A stretch of 64,000 bases of DNA from assembly GCF_006345805.1 (NCBI RefSeq), contig NC_043006.1, positions 54,808,001-54,872,000 on the forward strand. Direction: 5' to 3'. Each line of letters opens with the position of its first letter. Position 1 is the first letter of the stretch. The notes under the pieces were generated by a model. It searched no databases and was not told where the DNA came from. It was given only the letters and a program-made list of their open reading frames with translations. Shown in pieces: positions 25,515 to 37,603 of the stretch. Both the position numbers and the translations under genes were made by a program. The DNA is from Octopus sinensis (taxonomy: Eukaryota).

Positions 25515-26106
25515 GTAAGTATTTTTTGTTTTATAGATCATATTTATATGGATAGCCATGGCAGAATAGTCTGGTGTTGTGTCATGTGGTAATGTATGGT
25601 GGAAAGTTCTAGATGGTACAACCTGAATTTAATTTCTATGCTGTTTGTTTCAATTCTAAGTTTTGTTTTATGGCTTAGGCAGGAGGAATGAACTAAGCTA
25701 GGAGGAATGGACCTTAGATCTTTGCCCATCACACTCTCAGACTGGTGAAAATGATGCCACTGAAGCCTAACCTGAACATCTGCAGATCAATATCCACAAA
25801 ACAAACAGGGGTGGAGACCAGGTGTCTGACCCAGATGCTTGAAACAATGTAAATTTTGATAAAAGCACTCAAAATCTTGATTCCTGGTGGTTATGTTAAA
25901 CTAAGCAGCATGTTGGGACTGCTATCCTAAGAAGCAATGAATGAGAACTGCTTTTTAGTAAGGCACTAAAGTTCTTTCCTACATGTGTGGGCAGAAAAGC
26001 AGGTAAAGAAAGAAGAGAAGAGAAAACAGTTTGTTAAGGAATACTAAATGTATAGGAAATCAATATTTTGAACTGAAATTGTCAACCTGAAATAATTTAT
26101 TGGTAT

Positions 26107-26422
26107 GGAGACGCAATGGTCCAGTGGTTAGGGCAGTGGACTCATGGTCAGAGGATCGCGGCTTTGATTCCCAGACCAGGTGTTGTGTGTGTTTATTGAG
26201 CGAAAACACCTAAAGCTCCACGAGGCTCTGGCAGGGGTTGGTGGCAACCCCTGTTGTACTCTTTCGCCCCAACTTTCTCTCATTCTTTCTTCCTGTTTTT
26301 TGAGTAACGTTGCGATGGACTGGCGTCCCGTCCAGCTGGGGGCAACACATATGCCGTAGAAACCAGGAAACCGGGCCCATGAGCCTGGCTAGGCTTGAAA
26401 AGGGCGCATAAATAAAAATAAA
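26107..26422 (+). mobile_element. tRNA-derived SINE, family 2 (V-domain-like core gcgatggactggcgtcccgtccag)
   Basis: tRNA-like head (tggtccagtggttagggc...gattcccag); paralogous to 29015-29321. Confidence 0.75.
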
Positions 26423-26565
26423 TGAAATTCAACAATGATCAAATCTCTTTAAACAAGAATAATAATATTTTATTCATGAAGATGTAGGTATGGCTGTATG
26501 ATTCAGAAGTTTGCTTCCTAACTGTGGGGTTTCAGGTTCAGTCCCACTCTACAGAACATTGGACA

Positions 26566-26930
26566 AGGTCAACTTTTCCCTTCATCCTTCTGAGGGTTGG
26601 TAAAATATGTACCAGCTGATTACATCAACTCCAGTTGATGTAATTGATTATCCCTCTCTCCGAAATTTCAGGCCTTATGCTTATAGTAGTAGTAGTAGTA
26701 GTAGTAATTATAATAATACTTTCTACTATAGGCACAAGGCCTGAAATTTGTGGGGAGGGGGATTGTTGATTACGTCGACCCCAGTACTTGAATGGTACTT
26801 AATTTATCGACCCCAAAAGGATGAAAGGCAAAGTTGACCTCAGCAGAATTTGAATTCAGAATGTAGCAACAGCTGAAATACCATTGAACCTTTCACCCGA
26901 TGTGCTAATGATTCTGTCAGCTCACCACCC

Positions 26931-26974
<44 letters not shown>

Positions 26975-27570
26975 CCTTTTTTTACTATAGGCACAAGGCC
27001 TGAAATTTGGGGAATGGGGATAGTCGATTACATCAACCCCAGTGCTCAACTGGTACTTAATATATTGACCCCGAAAGGATGAAAGGCAAAGTTGATCTCG
27101 GTGGAATTTGAACTCAGAATGTGGTGACAGATGAAATGCCGCAAAGTATTTTGCCTGGCATGCTAATGATTCTGCCAGCTTGCCCCCTTAATAATAATAA
27201 TAATGATGACGATGACGACAATGATGACAACTGTGACGACGAGGAGGAGGAGAAGAAGAAGAAGAATGATTTCAAATTTTGGCCTGCAATTTTAGGGTAT
27301 GGGATAAGTCAATTACATCAACCCCAGTGCATAACTAGTACTTATTTTATCGACCCCGAAAAATGAAAGGCAGAGTCAGTTTTGATGGAATCTGAACTCA
27401 TAATGTAAAGGTGGACAAAATGTTATGCATTTTGCCCAGCATGGTAACATTTCTGCTGCATTAATAATAATAATAATGATGATGATAATAACGATAGTAA
27501 TTATTATAATAATCCTTTCTACCATAGGCACAAAGCCTGAAATTTTGGTGGTGGTTTATTTTATTGGATA
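26566..27570. repeat. Cluster of family-1 SINE copies: one + copy, then three full and one partial - copies separated by trinucleotide microsatellites
   Basis: Core motifs recur at 26566(+) and about 26721-26932, 26975-27188, 27271-27462 and 27510-27570 (-). Confidence 0.85.
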
Positions 27571-27672
27571 TTTGCCATATAGAATGTCCATTCTCCCATT
27601 GCACAGGATATTTTTGTAGGTTGACTTACTCTACATTTTTGTTTCTTTTTCTTTTTTAAATTCCAATTTCAG

Positions 27673-27870
27673 GATGGTGGTACCCCTCTGTTTGTTGCTT
27701 GCCAATGTAACCACTTAGATGTTGTTGAAGAATTATTATTGAGAGGAGCTGATATCCATGCACAGATGGTTGATGGCGCCACCTCTTTATTTATAGCTGC
27801 TCAAAATGGTCACGTAAAAATGTTGAAATATTTGTTATCGAAAGGGGCCGATGTAAATATAAAACGAAAG
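27673..27870 (+). CDS. ANKRD29: ANKRD29-like exon, two ankyrin repeats (DGGTPLFVACQCNH...DGATSLFIAAQNGH...GADVNIKRK)
   Basis: tttcag|GAT acceptor and AAG|gtattt donor; 198 bp open, phase 0. Matches recalled ANKRD29 DGGTALLAASQYGH and DGATALFLAAQGGY repeats. Confidence 0.93.
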
Positions 27871-28638
27871 GTATTTATATTTATCTATTTGTTTATTTTA
27901 TATCATGTTTTGTGATAACCTATAACCATCAATGGTTATAGGTTTTCAACAAGTCAACCACAGGTCCACTACCATAATGAGAGTGACCTGGGGACCATCA
28001 TCAACATCCTTTAATGCCCTTTTTCCATGATGGCATGGGTTGGATGGTTTGACAGGAGGTGTCCAGCCAGAGAGCTGAACCAGGCTCCAATTGTCTGTTT
28101 TGGCTTGGTTTCTATGGCTGGATGCCTTTCCTAATCCCAACCACTTTACAGAGTGTACTGGGTGTTTTACATGGCACTGGCACAGGTGCTATTATGTGGG
28201 GCTGGCATGGGTGCTTCTTATGTGGAGCCAGCACAGGTGCTTTCTATGTGGCACCAGCACAGGGCTGTTGCATGCCAATCCTCTTCAGCAGGTGGTGGGG
28301 TGACATTAACACTTCTGCTGCTCACCCTGCTGAAGAAAATCTGTGAAAATAAGGCAAATACTATGGGCTGTTTTAGTTCGAAAGTGCCAATCCATCAGTT
28401 TCCTCACTGATGTTTACATCTTTCATTGAAATACATCAGCAAAAAACATACTCTCTCTCTCTCTCTCTTACACACACACACACTCACACATCATTTCCAC
28501 ATACCAAATTTGTCTCACAAAGCTATGATCAGCCTGGGACGAGTAGAAGACACCCATGGTACCATACATGGGTTAAAACTCAAAACTACATGGTTGTAAA
28601 GTAAATGCTTTAACTGCACAAGCATGCCTGCATATAAC

Positions 28639-28755
<117 letters not shown>

Positions 28756-29014
28756 AGAAGTGAGTGAATAAGCAAAAACAAAATATAAACTTTTTACATT
28801 GACAGTCAGTCTCATATGTTGACTCAGGACTTCAGCTGTTGATAGTGGATCAAATAACTTGATTCAGCTGGGGTAGGATTCATACGCCCATTGTGAGTCA
28901 GGTTTTGAACCCAGGATGCAGTATGACAGAACCAAAAGCTTCCTATTAAAACTTCAGTGAGCTTATCATCTGAATAGCTTTCTTCTGATTATAGTCGAGT
29001 ATATTAATAATTGT

Positions 29015-29321
29015 GGAGGCACATGGCCTAGTGGCTAGAGCAGCAGACTTGTGGTTGAGAGATTGCTGGTTCGAATCTCAGACCGGGCGTTGTGTGTGTT
29101 TATGAGTGAAACACCTAAGCTCCACACATCTCTGGTAGAAGGCAATGGTGAACTTCTGCTGACTCTTTCGCCACAACTTTCTCTCACTCTTTCCTCTTGC
29201 ATTTAGCAGCTCACCTGTGACAGACCAGCGTCCTGTCCAGGTGGGGAACCTATACACCAATGAAACTGAGAAACCAGCCCTTATGAGCCAGACATGGCTT
29301 GAAAAGGAACAAATAACAACA
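29015..29321 (+). mobile_element. tRNA-derived SINE, family 2
   Basis: Head tggcctagtggctagagc...ggttcgaatc; body colinear with 26107-26422. Confidence 0.75.
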
Positions 29322-29593
29322 ATATGTTAGTAATTGAAGATAACACATCTTAGAAATCAATCAGGGAATACATGAAATATTTAGAGAGTTATCATATATA
29401 CTCTGAGTTATAAGTATTTCTCAAGTTTCAAGCTAAAACTTAGATTCTTCATGTGACATCAGAAGATGTTACAAACCTTAACTAAAAACTATGTGTGTAT
29501 TGTGTGTGTGTATGAAATAGTTAAATAGTTTTAATTGTCTCATGTTAAACTTCTATTTGAGTGTGTAAATAATAGCTATCTTCTTTTTTTTAG

Positions 29594-29692
29594 GACCAAG
29601 CCAGTCCATTATGGATTGCATCTCAGATGGGACATGCAATGATTGCCCGAGAACTGCTTGAAAATGGAGCCGAGATTGATTCCACCCGAGAG
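29594..29692 (+). CDS. ANKRD29: ANKRD29-like exon (DQASPLWIASQMGHAMIARELLENGAEIDSTRE)
   Basis: tttttag|GAC and GAG|gtaatg; 99 bp. PLWIASQMGH is identical to the recalled vertebrate ANKRD29 motif. Confidence 0.95.
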
Positions 29693-29756
29693 GTAATGAG
29701 ACACCATAAAATTTCAGTTTCAACACTGTTGATTAATCTCTTAATAATGGCTTATA

Positions 29757-30322
29757 TTGGGTTGTCTGGAAAGTTTGTGCCGATTTATAGTAGCTTACCT
29801 TTTGACTTATTTTAGAACATGGTTGACTCTGTAAAATAGGATTTGACTACAGCTCCATTTAGAGCATAGTTTAAGCTGTCTTTTTGTGGAAGAACATTTA
29901 TGTTTCTATAACATGTGTTAATTCTGTAACCCTTTAAAATGGAAGATAAGAAACTTCATTTTCGGCACTCGATGCTTTGGGAACCAGACAAAAATTGCTG
30001 CAGCTCCGCTGGGATGTGTTACCCCACCCTCCATATTCACCAGATATTGCTCCTTTGTATTTCCACTTATTCAGGTCTCTGCAGAATAGTCTTAATGGTA
30101 AAAATTTCAATTCTTTGGATGACGTAAAAAGATACCTTGATGAATTCTTTGCCATGAAACCACCTCAATTCTGGGAAGAGGGTATTTTCAAGGTAAAGGA
30201 AAGGTGGAAATGCATTGTGCAACAAAATGGTTCATATTTGGTTGATTAAAAATGTAATGGCAAGTATTTATTGACCTTTTTCTTTCCTTTAAAAATCAGC
30301 ACAGACTTTCCGGACAACCTTA
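29757..30322 (+). mobile_element. Internally deleted mariner element (transposase C-terminus only)
   Basis: Terminal inverted repeats ttgggttgtctggaaagtttgtgccgatt / aatcagcacagactttccggacaacctta with TA on both sides. ORF 29977..30249 carries HPPYSPDIAP and the mariner C-terminal helices. Confidence 0.92.
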
Positions 30323-30503
30323 TATTTGTTATGGTAAAGGTAATTTTATGCACATTTTCTATTAAATTTAATTTGTTAATTACTTATCTATCAACTCAGG
30401 GCTGTGGAAGAAAACACTTCTTTGAAATGCTGCATAGTGAAATTGCAACTGGAACCACAGTTTTATGAAGTGAACTTCTAAACCACACTACTGCATTAAT
30501 ATA

Positions 30504-31581
30504 CAGGGTGTGCAAGATATCTGAGGACAGATTTATGTTTATAAAGAAACAGATATATAATAACAGATAATAACTTTATTTATCAAAAAATGCTTTGAGC
30601 ATAAAAATAAACCTTCTTTTCTATAATGTTATTCAATAAAGCCACCTTCAGCTCCAACAACTGCTTCTATATGAGATCTAAATCATCTACATGCTCGAAT
30701 CAAGTGGTCCTGGTTCATTTTGGACATTACTCTGACTATGGCAACTTTCAAACAATCTTTGGTGTTATGGGCATGTTCATAAACCTCTCTCTCAACTATG
30801 CTCCACATGTAATAGTCCAATGAATTGAGATCTAGGGAATTAGGCCAAATGTTAGAGGTTATGTGATCATGAAAATTTTCAGCCGTCCATTCCTGTGTTA
30901 CTAGAGCCATGTGTAATAGTGCAGAGTCTTACTGAAACACATATGGCCTTCCGTTACATACACAGTCTATCCAGGGCTTAACAATTATTTCCAGGACCTC
31001 AATGTAGGTGGCAGAGTTAAGTCTAAGGCCTTGTGGAAAGAAGTAAGGCAGCATCACATGTCCTTCATTGCTGACAACCCCTAAAACCATGATAGTTGCT
31101 GGAAATTTTGTATCCATAGCACTTGGAACTTTAGAAGGATCTGCATATAACCATCTGTCATTTCTTCTGTTAACTTTTTGATCTTGGTTGAAGTTTTTCT
31201 TGTTTGTGAAAAACCAAATCAAATCTTCTTCTGCTGGATTTTTCAGTTTGTCTAAGAACCTTTTAGATCTCATGTAGTCATTTTCTTTTGCTTTTTTTGC
31301 CAAATTGACCTTTCCTCATTATATAAGACTTATATCTGATGTCTTCATGGACAACATTTCTGACTGTTCCTTCTGGCACAAGGAGATCTTTTGCAATTGA
31401 TCTCATGGACTTTCTGAGATTGTAATCAATGATCTGTTGAACAACCAACTAGAACTTTATAATATAATCTTATGGAAAATGTTGTGAACATAATCAAAGT
31501 TATCAGCATTTGTTATGATACAAAAGGACCCTAACACTACATAATCATCAACAGATATAAATATTATCGCTATGCACCTTG
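30504..31581 (-). mobile_element. Defective Tc1/mariner-superfamily transposon, DD37D (maT)-like
   Basis: ORFs 30929..31303 and 30683..30910 share a frame and are split by one TAA (Q*DSA). Motifs FFTNKKNF and WPNSLDLNSLDYYMW; D2-D3 spacing is 36, or 37 if the usual second Pro of WPP is restored. Degenerate TIRs cagggtgtgcaagata / tatcgctatgcaccttg flanked by TA. Confidence 0.85.
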
Positions 31582-32150
31582 TAACTAAGCATGGTGTCAG
31601 TCTTAATGTCACAACATCTGTTGACATCATGTCTTATCACTGATGCAACCCCTATGTTGTTGTTCAAGCAGCCCAACTTTTTTCAAATTGCATCCAACTG
31701 CTTTAATTAAAAAGGAAGGATGAAACATTAGTCCATGTACTTCTAAACAGAGTATGTCTGCAAAAAAAAAAAAAAAATATGAAAGAGGATGGTGACGGCT
31801 GGGATATTTTTGATTTGCTCAATCGGGGCTGACCTGGGTTAAACATCAACAAGCACAGCAGCGGTATCATTATTGTCAGTAGTTTGTCACCTTTACCATT
31901 TAGCATTTAAACCATCCTTATTCAATCGAAATATTCTACATGTTTTATGTTCAAACTGGTCAGATCCAGCCTCCCACACCTATCCTAAAAACAATCAATC
32001 AATCATCTAACTCTCAAAGCTCTAAGATAAGGCATGATTAATTCAAAACAATGAGAATAAATAAGGATTACATTTCACAGAGTAATCTACATGCTGAAGG
32101 GTCTATGCTTCATGACTTCACATTATAATTGAAATTTCTTATATTTTCAG

Positions 32151-32246
32151 GATGGAGCAACCCCATTGTTTAAGGCATGCCATAAAGGTCACCTTGATGT
32201 TATTGAAGAACTATTGAAGAATAATTGTAACCTTGGACTTTTACCT
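32151..32246 (+). CDS. ANKRD29: ANKRD29-like exon (DGATPLFKACHKGHLDVIEELLKNNCNLGLLP)
   Basis: ttttcag|GAT and CCT|gtaagt; 96 bp (32 aa), the shortened repeat ending LGLL as in recalled ANKRD29 LGILK. Confidence 0.92.
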
Positions 32247-33445
32247 GTAAGTTTCTGTTTCCTATCTGGTCACTGTTTCTTTCAACATTAGTCTTCTAAC
32301 CCTCTTTGTTTTTCTTTGCTATTTTAATAATCTGGATGCTTTGGTTAAAAAATGAGCTGGGGATGAATATTTCTGTCTTCATTCACCATATGCATTTATA
32401 AAAAGGGGGATATGGTTAGTTAGTTAACTTGACCCCAGTATATAGCTGGTGCTTGTTTATTTTGGCAACTTTACAGTTCAGCACCCACTTTTACTGAATG
32501 CATTTTTACAAATATCTTTCCTGCTTGCTGTTTTGCAAAAACCAAAACCAAAAGGCATCTTTTAAGGCCCTCATGCTTTCCGAAATCCGCCGAAACTACA
32601 CCAAATTGTCCCCCTTCCATACTCATACACATGTGTATGTCATGTCATGACTCATGCACTGTTCTTTTCCTGACGCTTGTACATTACCCTATGTACCATA
32701 CATACACTTTAGATGAGTTGTAGTGCACCTGAGCACTGTACACAATGTTTTATTATTATTATATTATTATATTATTAAAAGGAGAAAAAAATCTTACTAG
32801 TTTATGTTAATAAAAGCTAATTTTGCACCATGATTTATTATCCATATTTCCATATACTATTTCATACAGTAGGTGCTGCTTTTTAAGGTATTTATGTGGA
32901 TTAGTATCTGCTATGTTAAATTTTTATGGAAATTACTTCAGAAGGCAGCAATATATTTTGCTATTTAGCTACCATGCTGTGAATCCTTTTCCCACTGAAT
33001 ATGAGGGAGGTAATGCTAACAACATCAACTTCTCTGCCTTCCAAAAACCATAGATATTTACTTTGTTATATCATTGATATCATGTGGTGCAGTGGTTAGG
33101 GTGTTGCACTCATGATTGCTAGATCATGGGTTCAATTTCTGGATTGGGAATCATGTTGTGTTCTTGAGCAAAACACTTCTTTTCATGTTGCTCTAGCGCT
33201 GTGTGGGGACCAGCATGCCAAAGAATAGACCCGTTTTCTCTGTGTGCTGTGAAGGGTGACCAAAAGTGGTTGGGGTGGGCTTTGCACTCTGACCTTGTAA
33301 AACCCTCACCAGCGATGACTACCCAAACAAACCCATGGGTTAAAGGGCTGTTGTCTGAATGGTGCAGAGATATCATCTGCCAAGAATAGTAGGGAATCAC
33401 CATCAAATGGTGGATGCAGCAGCACACTTACAGTGCATGACCCCG

Positions 33446-33483
<38 letters not shown>

Positions 33484-34058
33484 TTACTACTACCACCACC
33501 ACCACTTCTACTACTGAAAACAATGTTCTACTCATAATCTAATTCTAATATAATTTTTTTTTTTGAAAATGTATTTCAAATATAAATATTTTACTTGATT
33601 TAAATGTGCTATTTCTTACAAAAATCATGAATCCTCTAAACACCCAAAGTCCCCTGTAGTGCCTGTGATATTTGCTGCCTCTTATGAGCTTACAACACTC
33701 TTCAAGAGGGTGCTACCATCCAGGTTAAGAGCCACTGATGTAGAGTAAGAAAATAGAGGAAGAGCCCTTGTTCATGTTGAGCATGCACATATATTCTTTT
33801 ATTCCTGTGTTCAAGAGTATTGTCAGTTACTTCAATCCCCTCTCAGTACTTATTTTTGCCAGCCTTGGAAGGATGAAAGGCAAAAAGACCCAGATGAGAT
33901 TTGATGTCAGAACATAAAATAACATAACCAAATACCACAATGTATTTTGTCAAATGTCACTGCTGCTGCTGCTACTAGTACTACTACCACCACCACCACC
34001 ACCAATACAAATTTGCACTATTGTTATTTAGCTTACCTTCATATTGTTCTCTCTGCAG

Positions 34059-34157
34059 AATGGTGAAACTGTCCTCCATGCTGCTGCTTTATTTGGTCAC
34101 CTGAAGGTTGTGAAACGGCTTGTTGAACACGGCGTAGATATAACTATAAGGAATAAG
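34059..34157 (+). CDS. ANKRD29: ANKRD29-like exon (NGETVLHAAALFGHLKVVKRLVEHGVDITIRNK)
   Basis: ctctgcag|AAT and AAG|gtaagt; 99 bp. Aligns to recalled NGTSALHAAVLSGN...SLRNK. Confidence 0.92.
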
Positions 34158-34528
34158 GTAAGTTCTTTTGATGACTTATATATTCAGTTCTGTAGGTAAG
34201 TAAGTAAATAGGTACGTAAGTATGTCAATAGATGGTTTGCTCAGGGCTATACCAGACAATACCCAAGGTGCCAATCAGTGAAACTGAACTTGCAACCTGT
34301 GGCTGGGAAGCAAGCTTTGTAACTACATATCCACATGGCCATGCCTCTGTATATTACCTACACCTGTGCCTATAGCTACACCTGAATCTATCATGCATGC
34401 ACGCATGTACAGAAGTACATGCGCGCGTGCGCTCACACACACACACACACACAGCTTTTTTTAAACTGCATAAGGGAAATAACTCAGTTAGACATAAATC
34501 TTTTCTGTTACCCTAAAGAACTTAAGAA

Positions 34529-34883
34529 TCTCTCTATATATAAACTGCAAAATGTCTGTGTGTGTCCTTTATACAAATCCACAATTTTTCAGTTAGAGGG
34601 CTTGCACTTTCTATGGTCATTCAAAACCGTCCAAGGGTGGTCGTGCACCTCTTTACATTTCCCCAGTCACCCTGCAAAGCCATTAAAAAACAATAGATTT
34701 TTTGTGAATTTTCTATCCAAAACCCAATCAAAATGCCCAAAATTTGATACGCCAATTGAATGCCAGCTAGCTGTATGTTATTGGTCGGAGATTTGGACAG
34801 TACTCGCGTGTATGTGTGCACGCACGCAGCCGTATATGCATGCACTAGCACTATGACCTGGCAACACCGGGTCATAGTGCTAG
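34529..34883 (+). mobile_element. Small non-autonomous Helitron-like element
   Basis: Inserted between A and T; starts TC(TCTATATATAAA) and ends CTAG; 3' terminal hairpin; no TSD or TIR. Confidence 0.7.
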
Positions 34884-36827
34884 TATGGTATAAAATAACG
34901 CGTGCATATTCTTTAAACTATATATATAAAAATAAAAAAAAGATACCTTGCTATCAACTGTCAGGGTTCTATTATTGTCATTATTATTATTTTAATGTCC
35001 ACTTCTCTGTGCTTGCATGAGTTAGATGAAACTTGTTGAGACAGGTTTTCTATGGTCAGAGTCTCTGCTTATTGCCAATCTGCCACCCCTGATCTGTTTG
35101 CATGCAAAACAATATTTCCTGTAGTCCTCCAAACAACATACAACTCAATGGTAAGACATATTTCCACAACAGATTGCAAACAAATGACTTTGTTTACAAT
35201 CAGTATGCAACTGTCAAGACACAGGGAAGACTCAAGCTTGCACACACATACTCATTTACAAGTGTTTTCTGTCTACCAGATTCATTCACAAAGCATTGGT
35301 TGTGCTATTATCGAAAATGCTCAAGGTGCTGCACAGTGAGACTGAATCCAAAACCACGTAATTGCTAAGCAGATTTCTTATCATGCAGACATGCCTTTGC
35401 CTGTTTATTTTAATTTTTGAATATGTCTATGACTTGTTTTGATCACTGCCTTATGAAGGTAACTCACCTCAAGAAGGAAAATAACCGAGGATAGTGACAG
35501 AGGAAGCATGAAGGTGTAAGCATGAGAATTGTGGCAATGATGATGATGATAAAAACAGGGAAGATCTGAATACTAATACATACACATGCACATATACATA
35601 GGCGCTCAGAGAACTATATAGTCATGAAACAGAGGTGTACACAGAACATTTTTATATATACATTATACACACACATGCACATGTATTACACACATTGAGT
35701 GAGTTCTGACCCAGACCATGACTACTCATCCAACACATACCAGCATGGAAAAGCAGACTTAAAAATGATGGTAAATAAAAAAATATAATGAAGAGGTCTG
35801 CATACTCCTACAGAAGGGGACACCAGTTTTTCCCCATTAAAACGTTTTGGGAAAACTCCAAACATGTTGTTACTCTGAGTGAGTGTGAGGTCGAGGTTTT
35901 GGAACATCCAAACATTCCTCATGAACATCAGCTGCTTCTTCAGTGAAACAGGACACTAACAAAATCAAAAACTTTTGTGTCAGTATTTCAGTTTCCCAAA
36001 AATGTCTCAAATGTAATGGATTGCAAAATGTAATTTACCAATAAATTATGGTATTTCATTGTCATATTCCATTCAGCTATAAATGCAGGAAACCCCTACC
36101 TCTGTCACAACATTAAGGATGTGTGATGGAGTGAAAGAATTACTAACAATGGCATTTCATATGTGACATTTGTCTCTAGCCCAAGGGAAAAGAGTGAGTC
36201 CCCCCAATCTCTTCCCATTGTCCCTGGACAATCCCTCTGGCTCCACAATTGAAAGAGCTAGGGTACATTTAATTTTTAAGTTTATTTCATTGTGGTGACT
36301 AAAGCAACTCGACATTCAATTGACATGACAATCCATGAAGACCTCCAGAATCATGGGACTTGTCATACTGCTATCCACACCCTTCCACATATATTGCCTC
36401 TGACTTTGAGAGTGATGGAGGTGCAGAGCTCATCTTGGCTAAGTAAAACACCAATTTTGCTTTGTAGACAAGTTTTCTGGTTAATTAAGAATTGTTAATG
36501 ACTTTGAAAAATAAATGAAGATGATTATAACCAGGCCTGTGCTGGTGCCACATAAAAAGCATCCAGTTCACACTGTAAAGCAGCTGGCATTTGGAAGGAC
36601 ATTCAGCCATAAAAACCATGCCAAAACTGACCTCGTCTGTGCTTGTGCCACGTAAAAAGCACTCAATCCACTCTGCTGGGTGATTGGTGTTAGGAAGGGC
36701 ATCCTGCCATAAAAAACCCTGCCAAATCAGATACAGAAGTCTGGTGCAGTCTTCTGCCTGGTCAGCTCCTGTCAGATTGTCCAACCTATGCTAGCATGGA
36801 GGGTGGACATTAAACGATGATGATGAT

Positions 36828-36917
36828 GACGATGACGTCGACGACGATGACGTCGACGACGATGACGTCGACGACGATGACGTCGACGACGATGACGTCG
36901 ACGACGATGACGTCGAC
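36828..36917. repeat. Minisatellite (GACGATGACGTCGAC)x6
   Basis: Six perfect 15-bp units continuing a (GAT)n LINE tail. Confidence 0.98.
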
Positions 36918-37112
36918 GACGATGACTATCATATTATGAAGTGAAGACATGTGGCTAAGTGGTTAGGGTATTCAGCTCATGATTGTAAGGTTGTGAGTTC
37001 AGTACATAGAGGTACATTGTGTCCTTGGGCAAGACTTTGAATGACAACGACGACGATGATGATTGTTTTTTATGGAAATGAAATTAACCTACTATTTTCT
37101 CTCCCATTACAG

Positions 37113-37322
37113 GAAGATCAGACAGCTGCCGAGTTGTCCTCAGAAGCTGGGTATGATTTCATTGCGAAGTTTTTGGAAACGAAAGGGGAAAGTGCCAAAG
37201 TGGAATCAAAAAATGAGGCCAGTAATATAGAAGTTGAGTCAAGTATCAAAACCCAACTAGACCAGTCCACGGAGAACTGTACTCAGCTGCATGAACTGGA
37301 GAACAATGAAACAAATGCTTAA
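37113..37322 (+). CDS. ANKRD29: ANKRD29-like terminal coding exon (EDQTAAELSSEAGYDFIAKFL... to TAA, 69 aa)
   Basis: cccattacag|GAA acceptor, phase 0, open to TAA at 37320-37322 (within ORF 37041..37322). TAAEL..FIAKFL is a typical ankyrin capping half-repeat. Confidence 0.85.
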   Translation, partial: EDQTAAELSSEAGYDFIAKFLETKGESAKVESKNEASNIEVESSIKTQLDQSTENCTQLHELENNETNA

Positions 37323-37603
37323 AGAGACTTTACACAAGCTCCCAAAAAATGGTAGAATATGAAGGTTAAGGAATTGAATATATGCTCAGCTCTTCAGAAC
37401 ACAACTTTTAAATGCAACATATGTTTTTATTCTTTAATTCTCTCTCATTTTCACTTTCTCTATTTTATGTTTTTGTTCAGATTATTTCTCTTTATTCTGT
37501 GGCTAAACATTTAAACTTTAAATAATTTATTATTATTATTATTATTATTATTATCATTATCATCATGATCATCACCACCACCATCATCATTATTATTATT
37601 ACA

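Noticed and set aside
26107-26180. tRNA gene candidates at SINE heads (also 1627, 18142, 29015, 52492)
   Set aside because: Only A/B boxes are retained, with no complete cloverleaf, and each continues into a SINE body.
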